From the NCBI RefSeq assembly GCF_006345805.1, contig NC_043001.1:77934001-77998000 (forward strand): a stretch of DNA of 64,000 bases. Reading direction: 5' to 3'. Source of the DNA: Octopus sinensis. Taxonomy: Eukaryota. Positions 1-13,347 of the stretch are shown here, in pieces. Position 1 is the stretch's first letter; each line of letters opens with the position of its first letter. Made by a program: the position numbers and the translations under genes. The notes under the pieces are model-generated. The model did no database searches, was not told the origin of the DNA, and saw nothing but the letters and a program-made list of their open reading frames with translations.

Positions 1-159
1 TCAAAGAAATGTACAATGAATATTTAATAGTCTAAAGGAAGACACAGAAGACAGTCCAATATTCGGGTACAACCTTTAATCAAAGAGAAGGCACTGTTGC
101 ATTCGTTTGAAACTGAGGAATTGGATTCTCTCCGCAGACACAATGAGTTGTGATTAACA

Positions 160-225
160 ATATGTGCATTTCTGATCATGAGCAGAAATAGGGGAAACAT
201 CATAGCCATGTGTTGAGAGGTATTT
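160..225 (+). mobile_element. Fragment of a (TAA)n-associated interspersed repeat (putative LINE 3' region)
   Basis: ATATGTGCATTTCTGATCATGAGCAG...CATCATAGCCATGTGTTGAGAGG aligns to the reverse complement of 985-1050 and to about 38670-38735. Confidence 0.6.
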
Positions 226-962
226 TGCAATAACAAAATTTGAAAGAAATATTGGCCATATTTTATACGTTTCATCTAGCAAATAGGAATTATTTCATAC
301 TTTCCATCTAGCAATAGGAATTGTTTCAAGTATGAGAACGCACACGATGTAATGTGATGAATATTTCAAAAATAGATAATTTGCAGTAAGTCTGGATGAC
401 GAGCTTTAGGTATATTCATACAAAAAGCGAAATCAATTGATCCTGGAATATTTATTCCTTACTTCTGTAGCTGATACAAGGTAAGCCTATTTCTGTTATA
501 TTCGTTGCACTCGCCGTATGTATTTTAATAGTGAGAAATATGTGGTTTTGGAGCGATAGCTCTATTTATAGCTAGTTAAGTGGTATCTTGATGTGCGACT
601 AAATTTGTTTATATATACCGGAGAAAGCACATAAATGTGAAACAAGGTGGAAGAAAGCGTACTCAAATACCAGAGGTAGAGTAATATGCTTTATTTAAAA
701 ACAGCAGAAATATACCAAAAGCTGTGTGTGTGTGTTTGTATGCATCTTTGTACATATACAAATTTATGTGTGTGAATATGTTTGTACGTTTCAATGAATA
801 TTCGTGTGTCATAATTTATAAAGAAAGGGAGTCATGTTTGTAGCTATTACACTGTGTAACACGATCTTATTGTCCCTCGGTAGCAACTGTTATTTCCTAT
901 TTGCTAGACAGAAAGTATGAAAAACGCTCAATATTTCCTTCAAACTTTGCGTTTGTTTTATT

Positions 963-1130
963 TATTCAAACCCCCAAAGAATACCTCTCAACACATGGCA
1001 ATGATGCTTCCCCTACTACTCCTGCTCGTGATCAAAGATACACATATAGTTAATCACAAAGAGACATGGTCAAGTGCTTAAGATCAAGCAACTAACAAGC
1101 AAATCTGTGCTTTTGAGGAGAATATTTGCA
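963..1130 (-). mobile_element. Fragment of the same (TAA)n-associated repeat family
   Basis: Reverse-complement homology to 160-225 and 38565-38760. Confidence 0.6.
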
Positions 1131-1336
1131 ATAACGATATTTCTGCTTCAGCAACTCAGCACTGGATATGCCTGCAATGTAATGGAAAATAGGTCAGTTT
1201 TGTGCCCAAGCCACAAAAGCAAAGGTGGAAGAGAATAGTAATCATTTTCTTTGATTTTTAACTCGAAACATATAGCAAAATAGACTTACTAAACGAAGAT
1301 AAAAAAAATGATAAATATAAAAAAAATTGCTACACA

Positions 1337-1822
1337 GGCGTAGGAGTGGCTGTCTGTTAAGTAGCTTGCTTACTAACCACATGGCTCCGGCTTCAGTCCC
1401 ACTACGTGGAAACTTGGGCCTTTAGTCTTCTACTATAGCCACGGGTTGACAAAAGCCTTGTGAGTGGATTTAGTAGAGGGAAACTGGAAGAAGCCCGTCG
1501 TATATATATATAATAATATATATATATATATAATATATTATATATAATATTATATATATACATATTTGTGTGTGTGTGTGTGTGTGTTTGTATGTATATG
1601 TTTGTGTGTCTGTTTGTCCTGTTCCCTCAGCATCGCATGATAACCGATGTTGGTGTGTCTACGTCACCGTAATTTAGTGGTTCGGCAGAATTAACCGATA
1701 GAATAAGTACTAGGCTTACAAAGAATAAGCTCTGGGGTCGATTTGCTCGACTATAAAGCCGGTGCTCCAGGATGGCTGCAGTCAACTGACTGAAACAAGT
1801 AAAAGAGTAAAAGGGAAAAGAG
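1337..1822 (+). mobile_element. tRNA-derived CORE-type SINE, full length, with internal (TA)n/(TG)n microsatellite
   Basis: tRNA-like head GGCGTAGGAGTGGCTG...GGCTTCAGTCCC, CORE-like ACTTGGGC segment, internal microsatellite after GAAGCCCGTCG, tail GACTGAAACAAGTAAAAGAG. Homologous copies at 27112, 39290 and 46972. Confidence 0.85.
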
Positions 1823-2374
1823 TAGTATTATAGTTCTTGAATGATCTTTTAAATCATTGGGCCTAAGACTCCATCGGGCAGAGTCGATCTCAACTGGATT
1901 TGAACTGAAAAAACGTAAACGAAATTAACATTATTTAACACAAACCGCTTTGTACAATGCTCTAACACTCCTACTCTACAACTTTCTATTTCAAACCGAT
2001 AAACAAATATTGATAGGTGATATTGATAGTTGATGATTAGATTCATTAACTATTGATAGCTTAATCTTCACATGGTTTGTGAGTGTTCAAGTGCTTCTCA
2101 AAATAACAGCCAATCTCTCTCACTAGATCTACAAGATAAAGCAAGCCATATTTCTCTAAACACATATTTGTAATTCACACTCTACGTATCAACACACAAC
2201 GATCAACATGTCTGTGCAAGTCCCAGCAGCCTTGTATTGTTTATAATTTACGTTTCGCTGTATATATTGCAGTTCGTGCTTAGCTGTAATTAAAGCCTAA
2301 ATTGTGTGGCAACCTTGCATTATGGTGCTTTGTATAGCTAATCTATATACACACAACACTCATATGATCACAGT

Positions 2375-2441
2375 TCTCTTTCTTTCATGATTTCTTTCTT
2401 CCTTCCTGTCTTTCCTTCTTCCTTTCTGTCTTTCTTTCTTC

Positions 2442-2515
<74 letters not shown>

Positions 2516-2532
2516 TGTTTCTTCCTTTCTCG

Positions 2533-2588
<56 letters not shown>

Positions 2589-2600
2589 ATATCTATCCGT
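2375..2600. repeat. Compound (TTTC)n + (TATC)n microsatellite
   Basis: Direct reading. Confidence 0.95.
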
Positions 2601-2727
2601 GTATGTGAGTTTCAATATCTATATATGTGCGGGTGCGCGTGCGTGTATATATCTATCTATATACGCATACATATATACGTATATATGTTTATACATACAA
2701 ATATACATATATATGTTTATGTGTCAG

Positions 2728-2802
<75 letters not shown>

Positions 2803-3266
2803 TATTTAATTTATATATATATATATATATGTACGGATATATGTATATATATATATATATATATGTATGTATATGTATATATATCTGTATCTTCACATGC
2901 GTCTATCCGTATACTTGTAATGTATATGTATAGCATAATCAATCAACCTACCTCTCCTTCGATCCAACAGTCCATCCATGCGTCAATCCATCAAACGCAC
3001 TATCATTCATTTCTCTCCACCTCTCTCTTCTGTCTCTCCTCTCTCTATGTATTTACAAATTTATCAATGCATATATATATATATGTATATCTATATCTAT
3101 ATTTATATGCATATATATACATATGCATACATATATATATACATATATTGATATAAATATAAATATATACACACACACACATGCACGCACACACACACAC
3201 ACACATATATGAATCAATCTGTGTTATATTTATATATGCATATATATATATATATGTGTGTATACA

Positions 3267-3297
<31 letters not shown>

Positions 3298-3770
3298 CAT
3301 ATAATGAGCGAGGGAGTGAGGGAGAGACTTGGTCACGTGTCTGCTATCTCCATATTTATTTTCCAGTAGCTGTCTTTCCGTTATTGATATGCTCTATACA
3401 TAGTTGAGAAATCATTGTAATATAAAACTATAAATCACACGACTGAATTCCTTTCTTTGATTCTTTCATATTTCTTCTCGTCTCCCACGCTTCACTATTA
3501 TTCCCCCATGTCTCTATAGTAACCGTTTGGTCTTCTTGATGTGGCATTTCCAATTGTTGCAATTTTTCTTTCACTGGTTGTGGCGTCCTTACTCTAACTT
3601 TTGCTGGTATATTTTCATAGTTTTTCATTTTATGTTATTCAGTAGCCGTTCTTATTGCCGTTGCTGGAACTGTTTTCATTGTTAATGTCGTAGTCTTGTG
3701 GTTATCAGAAATACTATATCGTATTCATATTCGACATATCAGCAGATTTATCAACGTTTTCATATTTCCG

Positions 3771-3900
3771 TTGGCATGGCTCTGTGGCTAGGAAACATAC
3801 TTTCCAACCATATGGTCATGGTTTCAGTTCCACAGTACGGCATGTTAGGCAAGTGTCTTTTACTTTAGTGCCGTGGCGACCAAAGCCCTGGTAAGTAGAT
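3771..3900 (+). mobile_element. Decayed CORE-type SINE head fragment
   Basis: GGCTCTGTGG...GGTTTCAGTTCCAC...GGCAAGTGTCTT...GACCAAAGCC resembles 1337-1470. Confidence 0.6.
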
Positions 3901-4159
3901 TTTCGTTTTCTTCTGTGTGGTGTGGGATTATTTCGAGTTTCATTAATGCGTTTCTTTACTTGACTTATTTTTCGGCTCACTGTTCACCCTTTTATCCTAT
4001 TCCAATTCCAATGAACGATAGTACACTTCAGCACTGTATACGATAAACTCGTCGTTACACATTATATTATAGATAGATAAATAAATATATATATATTATA
4101 TATATATATATAATTATATATATATATATATATATATATAATTATATATATATATATAT

Positions 4160-4342
4160 TGGTAAAACGGTAAGATACCAAAAGAAAGAAAGAGACCTCA
4201 ATATTATATAAATAGAGGAAATTTATCTATACAATAATATGTTACATTACTCGATAGTCAAGATAAAACTCTGAGTTTCAGATGCCGAAGTGGGAATGAT
4301 GTCGTGGATTCCCACTTCGGCATCTGAAACTCAGAGTTTTAT
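4160..4342. mobile_element. PLE-type terminal fragment ending in a perfect 35-bp hairpin
   Basis: 4263-4297 is the exact reverse complement of 4308-4342 (10-nt loop). 4160-4280 is homologous to the reverse complement of 44500-44630. Confidence 0.75.
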
Positions 4343-4389
4343 TATTGTGTATAATATATATATATATATTATATATATATAATTTTAAT

Positions 4390-4560
4390 CCAAACGGGAA
4401 ACAAAAAAACAACAACAATGGAACAATTACAGTATTATTATTAATAGGCGCTCAGGAAAAGGAAGCAGGGAGGTATGACGTTTCGAGCGGAGCTCTTCGT
4501 CGGAAACATAAAGAAGGAAGAGAGAGGAAAGAAAGATCCCAGAGCGGGCAACAGGGAAAG
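4390..4560 (-). mobile_element. PLE-type terminal fragment with a minimal hammerhead-like motif
   Basis: Minus strand reads CCGACGA-A-GAGC-TCC-GCTC-GAAAC-GTC at 4473-4507. Related to 34430-34560. Confidence 0.55.
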
Positions 4561-4562
4561 AG

Positions 4563-4621
<59 letters not shown>

Positions 4622-4719
4622 ATATATATATATATTATATATATATATATATATACATATATATATACATATATATATGTATATACATACATCTATTTAT
4701 CTATATCTATCTATCTACC

Positions 4720-4750
<31 letters not shown>

Positions 4751-4761
4751 CTATCTATATG

Positions 4762-4866
<105 letters not shown>

Positions 4867-4873
4867 TACTTAC

Positions 4874-4909
<36 letters not shown>

Positions 4910-4929
4910 TTAAAAATTGCACGGACTCT

Positions 4930-6120
4930 TTATTCTATAACATTTAAAATTAAAGACACCTTAATTTTCGATTCACTCCTTTCAGCGATCCATAATCTCG
5001 CTTATTCCATATGATAAGATTGTTTTTAGCTAGTTGCACTGTCATTTATGCTCTGCTTCTTGGATTTCTTCATCTATAACAAATCGGCGGCCACTTAAAG
5101 CATGTTTGAACTGCTCAAGCAGGGAAAGTTGGAGGGGCGAGATCTAGACAATATGCAGGGAGTTCCAGAAGCTCGAAACCAAATTTTGCGGTGGTTTCAA
5201 CTGTGTAGGTGACCATAATTGAGTATGCATTGTCGGGCAACAATAACACTTTCATTGACAATAGATGTCAGCGTTTGATGCGTATAGCTGTTTCGTTTGT
5301 TGATCAGCATTTCACTGTACCCACACTGGTGACTGTAGACCATTTTCTGAGGCATGTTCCAATATAGGCTTTGTGTTACAAAAGAACGGCTAGAATAGTT
5401 TTTCTGTTGAAGGTTGAGTCTCAGATTTCTTTTTCACTGGCGATTTCGGTTGTTTCCACTCCATACGCTGCCTTCTGGATTCTCGCTCCTGTGATGGACC
5501 GAGGTTTCGCCTCCTGTGACTCTTCTATTCAAAATAGCTATGCATTCATCGTTGTAGCGGTCGAGTAAGCGTTGACAGAGCTCTACACAATTGGGCTTAT
5601 GTGTTTCAGTAAATCCTCTCGGTAGCTATCTCGCACAAACTTTACAGAAGGGAGTCTTGTCGTGCATGATTTCGTATACGGAACCATGAATAATTTTCAG
5701 AGAACATGTCACCTCAACGAGAGTCACATCACCACAACCATATATTGAGCCTGTTGAACCTTTTTGCCAGTACTGGATGTTGATGGGGATCCGAATCCTT
5801 CTATGTGCTTCACGCTTGTCCGAATATTTGTAAACTTCTCAGTCTACTGATGCACACTTCCTTGAGATAGATCGCCGTAAGCCTACGATGAATTTCGGCA
5901 ACTGATATTCCTTTAGATCAGAGAAATCGTGTCACTGATCTCCGCTTTTCTTTGGTGCGCATTGCCAACAGAGTAGCCACGTTTATTCTGAAGCAGAAGA
6001 AAAGAAACTGGAGTGAGCACAATGAAACATATATTACGTAACCAAATGAGTGCCACCTTTAACGTCGCAAGCGGTGAAGGCAGTACGACGGTCACTGTGA
6101 AGAAATTTTGGAGAAAGCGT
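4930..6120 (-). pseudogene. Decayed mariner (DD34D-type) transposase
   Basis: Mixed-frame minus translation gives RSVTRFL..KGIS.AEIHRRL (HTH), VCAR*LPR (WVPR-like), VTGGET (first D region), DNA, PAYCLDLAPP (YSPDLAP-like) and FKHALSGRRF, with many stops and frameshifts. Confidence 0.85.
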
Positions 6121-6143
6121 GGATAAATTTTGGCTTCTCCTTT

Positions 6144-6360
6144 TACGAGGAGGTGCTGAAAGGTTCTTGGCCTTAAGGGAACGTGAAAGACCTAGCTAGA
6201 AGCTGACACTTCCGAGTTCTTTTATAGGACTTAGAAAAACTGAAGAATCGCTGCAAAAAATGTGTGAATAATGCAGGGGAATACGTTGAGATTCATAAGT
6301 AATTGATCTTCCTTTATTTCCCTTTACCCAAAGTCAAGAACTTTTCAGCACACCCTCGTC
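6144..6360. mobile_element. Mariner-derived MITE (about 217 bp)
   Basis: TIRs CGAGGAGGTGCTGAAAGGTTCTTGGC and GTCAAGAACTTTTCAGCACACCCTCG, TA at the left end, and an internal remnant of a transposase C-terminus (LEKLKNRCKKCVNNAGEYVE). Confidence 0.85.
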
Positions 6361-6608
6361 CATCCTTCCATCCACCCATCCCATCCATCCATTCATCCAA
6401 TTTCATGTGTATAAAAGCATACTGGGGGAACATGAAAATACGCCTTTCAAGAAATATATAGACACAAGTAAACATGTATCCATGCAGGCATATATACATT
6501 CGAATTCTATTTCAAGACAATACGCTATTGAAAAAAAATCTACTTCTATGTAAAAATATATCCGCTTAAACATAAATACTATTAAAACTCTTGAGTCCGG
6601 TCATAGAC

Positions 6609-6885
<277 letters not shown>

Positions 6886-7580
6886 CTCTATATATATATA
6901 TATATCTGTGCAAATATATGTCTATCTGTCTATCTATTTATCTATCCATCTGTCAGTTTATCTAACTACCTACGTATGTATGTATATATGTATGTACATA
7001 TGCATTTATGTATCTATTCATCCATCCATCTGTCCATCCGTCCGTCTGTCTGCCTGTCTGTATGTATGTATGTCTATCTATCTATCTTTCTATATATCTA
7101 TCTATCTATATTTCTATTTTTGTATTTTATATATGATGTGTGGTATGCATCTATTAACATTTTCCTTGGTCACGTAATCACAATATCAGTTGTTTTGAGG
7201 CATCATGAGTAGTGTGGTGAACCTACCCGCAAGCTCATCCAAATATTTCTTCTTCAACGTCTAGGTTTTGACTCCATAGAGAAGAATTCTCTCTGTACGC
7301 ACCCCGAAGGGGACCAGTGTTTTGCGATTTAGAATTACTTGATAATCAGATGTTGTGATGCTTGGTTCTTTAGCAGTTTATAATTTTGAGATATCTTACG
7401 CAAGATTCATTAAATAGCAACAAATTTATAGATGTGAACATAAGCACATACACGAACATAAACACATATATTCTCAAAGAGGGAACAAAAATAAAAAGAG
7501 AACAAACATAGATAGATGGATAGATAGCTAGATAGACTGATTGGTGGGTAAGCAGAGGGATAGAGGGATGGATATATAAA

Positions 7581-8376
7581 TACTAGTGGATACCTAAAAG
7601 AAATCGGAAGTTTGAAATGTAATTTTATTCGCTTAGGTTTAGATTTTTACACTTCTATATCTTCAAAGTATTCTCTATTTGAAGCAATGCATCGGTCCAG
7701 ATGCATTTTCCACTCTTTGAAGGAGTGAAGGGACTCTTGTGAAGCGATGCCTTTTAACACCTCTGTCGATTTTTTCTTCACCGCTTCCACATCTGTAAAT
7801 CCCGTAGCACTAGCGTTTATCACCAGTGATGACCATCGAAAGAAGGTTTGGATCAACTTCCAACTGTTTTTTTCAGTTCATGACACGCATTCAGTCTTGG
7901 CTCCTTTTGGGCTTCCGTGAGCAAAGGAGGCACAAATTTTGCTGCAGCTCTTTTTATTCGCAATTCCTCACTCAAAATTCGTTGGCGGGTGCTCCAGGAC
8001 AAACCAATTATATCAACGACTTCGTCAATTTACCAATGACAGTTCTTCAAGATCAGTTCGTGAATTTTCATGTTTTTATTCATTCGGGAGACGAGGGTCA
8101 CCCTGAACGAGGTTGGTATCCAAGAGAGAAGTGACCATTCGTAAACTTGTGTTTTGCTCATGATAGCGTCCTTGTAAGCTGTCTGAAGCATGACAACTGT
8201 TTCGTCCGCCGTTTTCTCAGCAGAAATCAGAATTTCACGGAAGCATAATGTTTCTTCGTTTCAGCCATCACAAAAACCGACAAACAGCGGAGATCCCCTA
8301 CGACGCCAGAAATCTGAACTACAACAGGCTTGTCCCTCACAGAACGTTTCCGGTTACTTTTGGATATCCCCTCGCA
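7581..8376 (-). mobile_element. Internally deleted mariner element (about 800 bp) with both TIRs
   Basis: TIRs at 7581-7609 and 8348-8376 match at 22/29 by eye. Minus translation from 8268 gives MAETKKHYASVKF..KTADETVVMLQTAY..MSKTQVYEW..AAKFVP..VITGD, then jumps to the C-terminus DVEAVKKK..CIASNREYFE (stop at 7647). The catalytic middle is missing. Confidence 0.85.
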
Positions 8377-8702
8377 GACGGATAGATAAATAAATTGATA
8401 GATAAATAGATAGCTGTATTGATAGATTATTTAATTGGATAAATAAGGAGAGAGAGAGTTAGATAGGGAGACGGAATGATAACTAAATAAATGGATGGAC
8501 AGACAACCGGCACACTGATATATATATATAGACAGATAGATAGACAGATGCAGAAAGCAAGTGTGTCATGTAAATACATGCCAGTTTTCCTCCGACTAGC
8601 TTCCACTTTCGGTATCCGAGATAAATACTGAAGCTACCCGCTACTGCGATTGAACTCGGAACCATATTATGAAGCAAATTTCTAAACACTGCTGCGTACA
8701 TG

Positions 8703-8703
8703 C

Positions 8704-8770
<67 letters not shown>

Positions 8771-8780
8771 AGTCTGTCTG

Positions 8781-8846
<66 letters not shown>

Positions 8847-8856
8847 AGTCTGTCTG

Positions 8857-8929
<73 letters not shown>
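8703..8929. repeat. (TCTA)n array, left flank of the Tx1 element
   Basis: Direct reading, with two CAGTCTGTCTG variant interruptions. Confidence 0.95.
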
Positions 8930-11860
8930 TGTGTTTTAAAGCACGCACCTCAATAGGATCATGGGTTGCGTGAATGCGCGTGGCTTGGGGTCTCCTTGGA
9001 AACAAGGGTACCTCCTAAATGACATCAAGTCACACGATTTGGGAATCACAGCCATAAATGAGACCAGACTCCACGATCCAGGGGTCCTAAAGTCCATGTT
9101 TGGCGGATAGTTTAACGTTTATTTTTCTTCCTGTTTGCCGAGGATGGGCGGTAGTGGCACCGCGGTACTTTTTCACAAGAGTCTGGATCTCGAAGTCAAG
9201 ACGATATTCGTAGACCCGGAGGATAGACTGGTCGTGCTGGATGTCGACGGCAGCAATGGGTGTGCTTTTCGACTCGTATCAGTCTACGCACCGCCTTTAA
9301 CAGGTCGGCCGGATTTCTTTCGACGTCTAGAAGTATTCCTGGGAACGTCTCGTCCTTTACTTTTAGTGGGGGATTGGAATGCTACCTTGGACACGCATCT
9401 AGATTATGTGGGGAGAGACGAAAACAGATGATAATGCAAATGCCTCAGAGACCTGCTCAAACGATTCCAACTGTCTGACAGGTACCGACTCGACCACCCA
9501 GATGCTACAACGTGGACATGGAGTAACCTCAGTGGGTCGTCGAGATCGTATCTAGATAGGATATTGTGTAGGACAGTAGACACGGATAATTTAGGATGTC
9601 TACAATTCCACACAGTCAGCTACACGGATCACAAATTCGTAACGTGTACGCTAGACTTAGATAAGGCACATAGACAGGGTCCCGGTTACTGGAAACTAAA
9701 CGCTTCTTACCCGTCCAGACAAGTTTTCAGAGACAGAATCAACACGTTAGTAAAGAGGGCTTTAACGGGAGCCATCGTCAACAACAAATGGTGGTTCGCC
9801 CTCAAGAGAGTAGTAAAAGCGGAAGTTATTAGATATAGCAAGGCACTAGCCGTAGATAGAAATAGAGTAGAGGGAGAGTTAGTTAAGAAGTTAGAAGAGG
9901 CAATAAGAAGCGGTATCACATCTGACGTTTTAGCGGCGAGGTTGGCCCTCGACCAACACTTCAACGCCAAACACGAAGGGTGTGCTGTCAGGGCCAGGAT
10001 GCGTGCTCTAAGGATGGAAGGTGTTGGAGTCGCGAGAGAGGCCCGGGTGGCGGAGGCGCAGCTGGGCAACAAAGCCATCATTCGGTCTCTGGTAGACGAA
10101 CAATGGCGCGAATTGCTCGAGCCCAGCAAGATGTCCGTGACATTTCAGCGGCTCCTTTGTCCGACTGTACGGGAGGATTGGCGAGCGTGAACGCAGGGTG
10201 GACTTCAGTGCGTACCTGCACAGCCTGCCACGGCTCTCGGCAAGAGAGGCAGAGTGCTGCGAAGGTGCCATCACAGCGGCGGATGTGCGGGACGCAATGG
10301 CAGAATGCTCGAGAGACAAATCGCCGGGTTTGGATGGTCTACCTTACGAGTTTTACAATTGTATGCCAGACTTGTTTGGAGAAGTCTTGGCAGCGGTATA
10401 CTGCAACTGGCAGCAAAACGGGAGCATACCCGGTTTTGTGAGTCGAGGAGCCGAAACGCTGATGAAGAAAGATCCAAACAAGGTGGACATTATAGATAAC
10501 TTTAGGCCCATCACTCTGTTCAATGCAGACCTGAAAAGTTTGACCAAGGTGTTAGCCAAAATGTTGGCGCTTGTCATCGAGAAACCTGGTCGAGAAGAGT
10601 CAGTGGGCTTGCGGCTCGGCACCTGGAGAAGCAAGCCCATGCCGTCTACCAGTACCTCCTTCGTGGGACGCTGGACTGACGGCCCAGTTGAGTTGCTCGG
10701 GGTCTGGTTCGGTCCGGACCTCCAAATGGAGAAAAATTGGAACAAGATAACGAGTAGGATGGTCACTCTCGCCCGGCAATGGGCCGAGAGGAAACTGTCC
10801 CTAAAAGGTCGGGTGGAGGTAGCGAACACGTACATCGCGTCCGTCATCTACTACCGCCTGACCGTCGTACCTTGTCCCGACCCTACCATCACCAAACTAG
10901 AACGTATTCTCTTCAGCTTCTTGTGGAAAGGATGCGTCCCGATGGTCAGGCGATCCATTTGCTGTCAACACCCGTTAAAAGGAGGGCTGGGTATGCCGTG
11001 GATGATAATGCGCAGACACGCGCTGAGACTGCGACATCTTCAGCTCTGTGTAGACGACGGTGAACAGGTGTGGTCGCCGTTTGTGAGGCACACTTTCTCG
11101 CAACTCGTCTGCATGACAGAACTGAAGTCGGGGATCAAAAAGAGGCCGTGCAGTGTCCACCAATCTCCGACCTGTGGGCTTATGTCGAACAACTGCTGTC
11201 ACATGTGGGACGAGTCGGTTTATCGACCGAGTCTATCGTTAATATCGTCATGCCTCCTTCCTTCAAACGGGAAGGAAGAGCAAGAGCTATTTTTATCATA
11301 CTTGTGGCTATGGCGAAAGAATGTATCTGGTGGACGCGCCTGAAAGGATTAGAGGCAAACACTTTCCTCTCTAGTCAATCTCTCATCAACTTCTTCAAGT
11401 ATCACTTGAAAAGGAAAGTGAGAGTAGAGAGGCAAGTTTTGTCTAGTGAATGTTTTAAAAAAAGATGGGTGAATGTATCAAGTACGGCACGTATGAATGA
11501 CGACGCCACCTTGACTATGATCCTATGAACCGTAAAAATTAATACAGAAAGTTGCTTATTTGTAAAAAAATATAAAATGTGACTTCATTGACCGAGGTTA
11601 CCGTGGTCTTTTCTGTAGGCTTTTCTTTCCACGGGTAAACCTCACCTGTCTTCCCCTTTACACTTTACATTGACATCTCTGTGATAACGATCCCTATTGA
11701 ACGATGTTTTCTTTTTCTTTTTCTTTTGCTTTTCTCTTTCTTTCCATTTACGATGCATTTTGATCGAAAACCAACCCACCTTTTTTTATCTCCAAAAAGA
11801 AAAGCTCTACCTTGTAATTTGTCCCGTCTGTGTGCAGCCCTGTGTGGCTAATAAAGAAAC
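8930..11860 (+). mobile_element. 5'-truncated Tx1-clade (L1 superfamily) non-LTR retrotransposon: ORF2 pseudogene plus 3' UTR
   Basis: APE endonuclease motifs GCVNARGL (8961), ETRL, LVGDWNA, SYLDRI, YTDHK, YWKLN. RT motifs KSPGLDGLPYEFY and NFRPITL. Thumb region ELLGVWFGPD..GGLGMPW. ORF ends at 11528; 3' UTR ends AATAAAGAAAC. Several stops and frameshifts. GC-richer than the flanks. Confidence 0.92.
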
Positions 11861-11861
11861 A

Positions 11862-11862
<1 letters not shown>

Positions 11863-11939
<77 letters not shown>
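11863..11939. repeat. (ATCT)n array, right flank of the Tx1 element
   Basis: Same unit and strand as 8703-8929. Confidence 0.95.
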
Positions 11940-12137
11940 ACTGTGTATCTATTTAATACACATATATCTATATATTCAAGTATTTGCAATGTTAATACCA
12001 GTTCGAATATGCTACAAGAACGTTCCGATTTGTAAACAAGCTATTCACCGTGTTTTCTCACGGAGAAAACTTTAGGCTGTAGACATATGATGTAATTACA
12101 ATCAAATCAGCTCGCAGTGCTACTTATCCAGACTGAG

Positions 12138-12177
12138 ATGTAAGCATTCCGGAGTAGTTATCTCCTCTTCAGTCACA
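12138..12177 (-). other. Decayed hammerhead-like remnant
   Basis: Minus strand reads CTGAAGA-GGAG-ATAACTA-CTCC-GGAA. Stem II is perfect, GAAA is changed to GGAA, and stems I/III are unconvincing. Confidence 0.35.
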
Positions 12178-12273
12178 GAAATTGTGTGTGTGTGTGTGGC
12201 TTATGTCTTTCCAGTCAACATACGTCGACTGGTTGTTCAAATCGACGGCTCATTATATATGTGTGTGTATATA

Positions 12274-12498
<225 letters not shown>

Positions 12499-13299
12499 TA
12501 TTTATGTTATTATATGCTCGAACGCCACGCATACTTTTCCAAGTGGGTTTTATCTTAATAATTCCGATGCGCGCTCTACATCCTATCTCTATTCTATGTC
12601 TCTCTCTCATGTTCTTTTTCTTTAGTGTTTTTCTCTCCTAGCCTTTCCCTATTCTTCTCCTCTCCGCTTCACCATTCCCACTCTATATATCTCACTCTTC
12701 CTCCTTGATTCTCTCGTTGCTCACACGTGACCAACAGCTATCTATCTTTCTCCTCCGCCTCTTTCCTAAAGACAAGACGTGCTTTTGCCTGTCTCTGCTC
12801 AAAGTTCGTTTTCCCGGCGTTCATCGCTTCAGCTTGTCATGGCTTAACAACCCTCATTTGTTTTTACTGTTTTGTTCTTACTGTCCTATTTTGTTACCAC
12901 TTTAACCCTCCGCAAACAATCCCAAATTTTATTTAATTTGCTTTGCGGGAAGGACTGTTTTAACGAAGTCACGCCTTCTCCCTATCTTCGAAACGCGGAA
13001 TAGAAAAAACCGGTGACAACTGATGAACGGAATGTTCTTTATGTTGCCTGTTTCTTTTCTCTATTTGTTTCTTTCGCTGTTTGAAAAAAAGTTCGTTTTC
13101 TGTGTTTTGTTTTTTTATGTTCTCGTTTCTCATTTTGTCCGCGTTTTATTGACGTCCTGTACCCATATATGCATGTATACGTAGGTATGTACATATGTGT
13201 ATGTACATATGGATATATTTATATATTATTTATATTATATATATATATGCATATATTTATATTATGTATATATATACATATATATATATAAATATAAAT

Positions 13300-13347
<48 letters not shown>

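Noticed and set aside
3428-3628. 66-aa minus ORF (MKNYENIPAKV...) with natural-looking composition
   Set aside because: No recognisable domain, an in-frame stop just upstream, and no convincing splice context. It cannot be excluded as an exon without RNA-seq.
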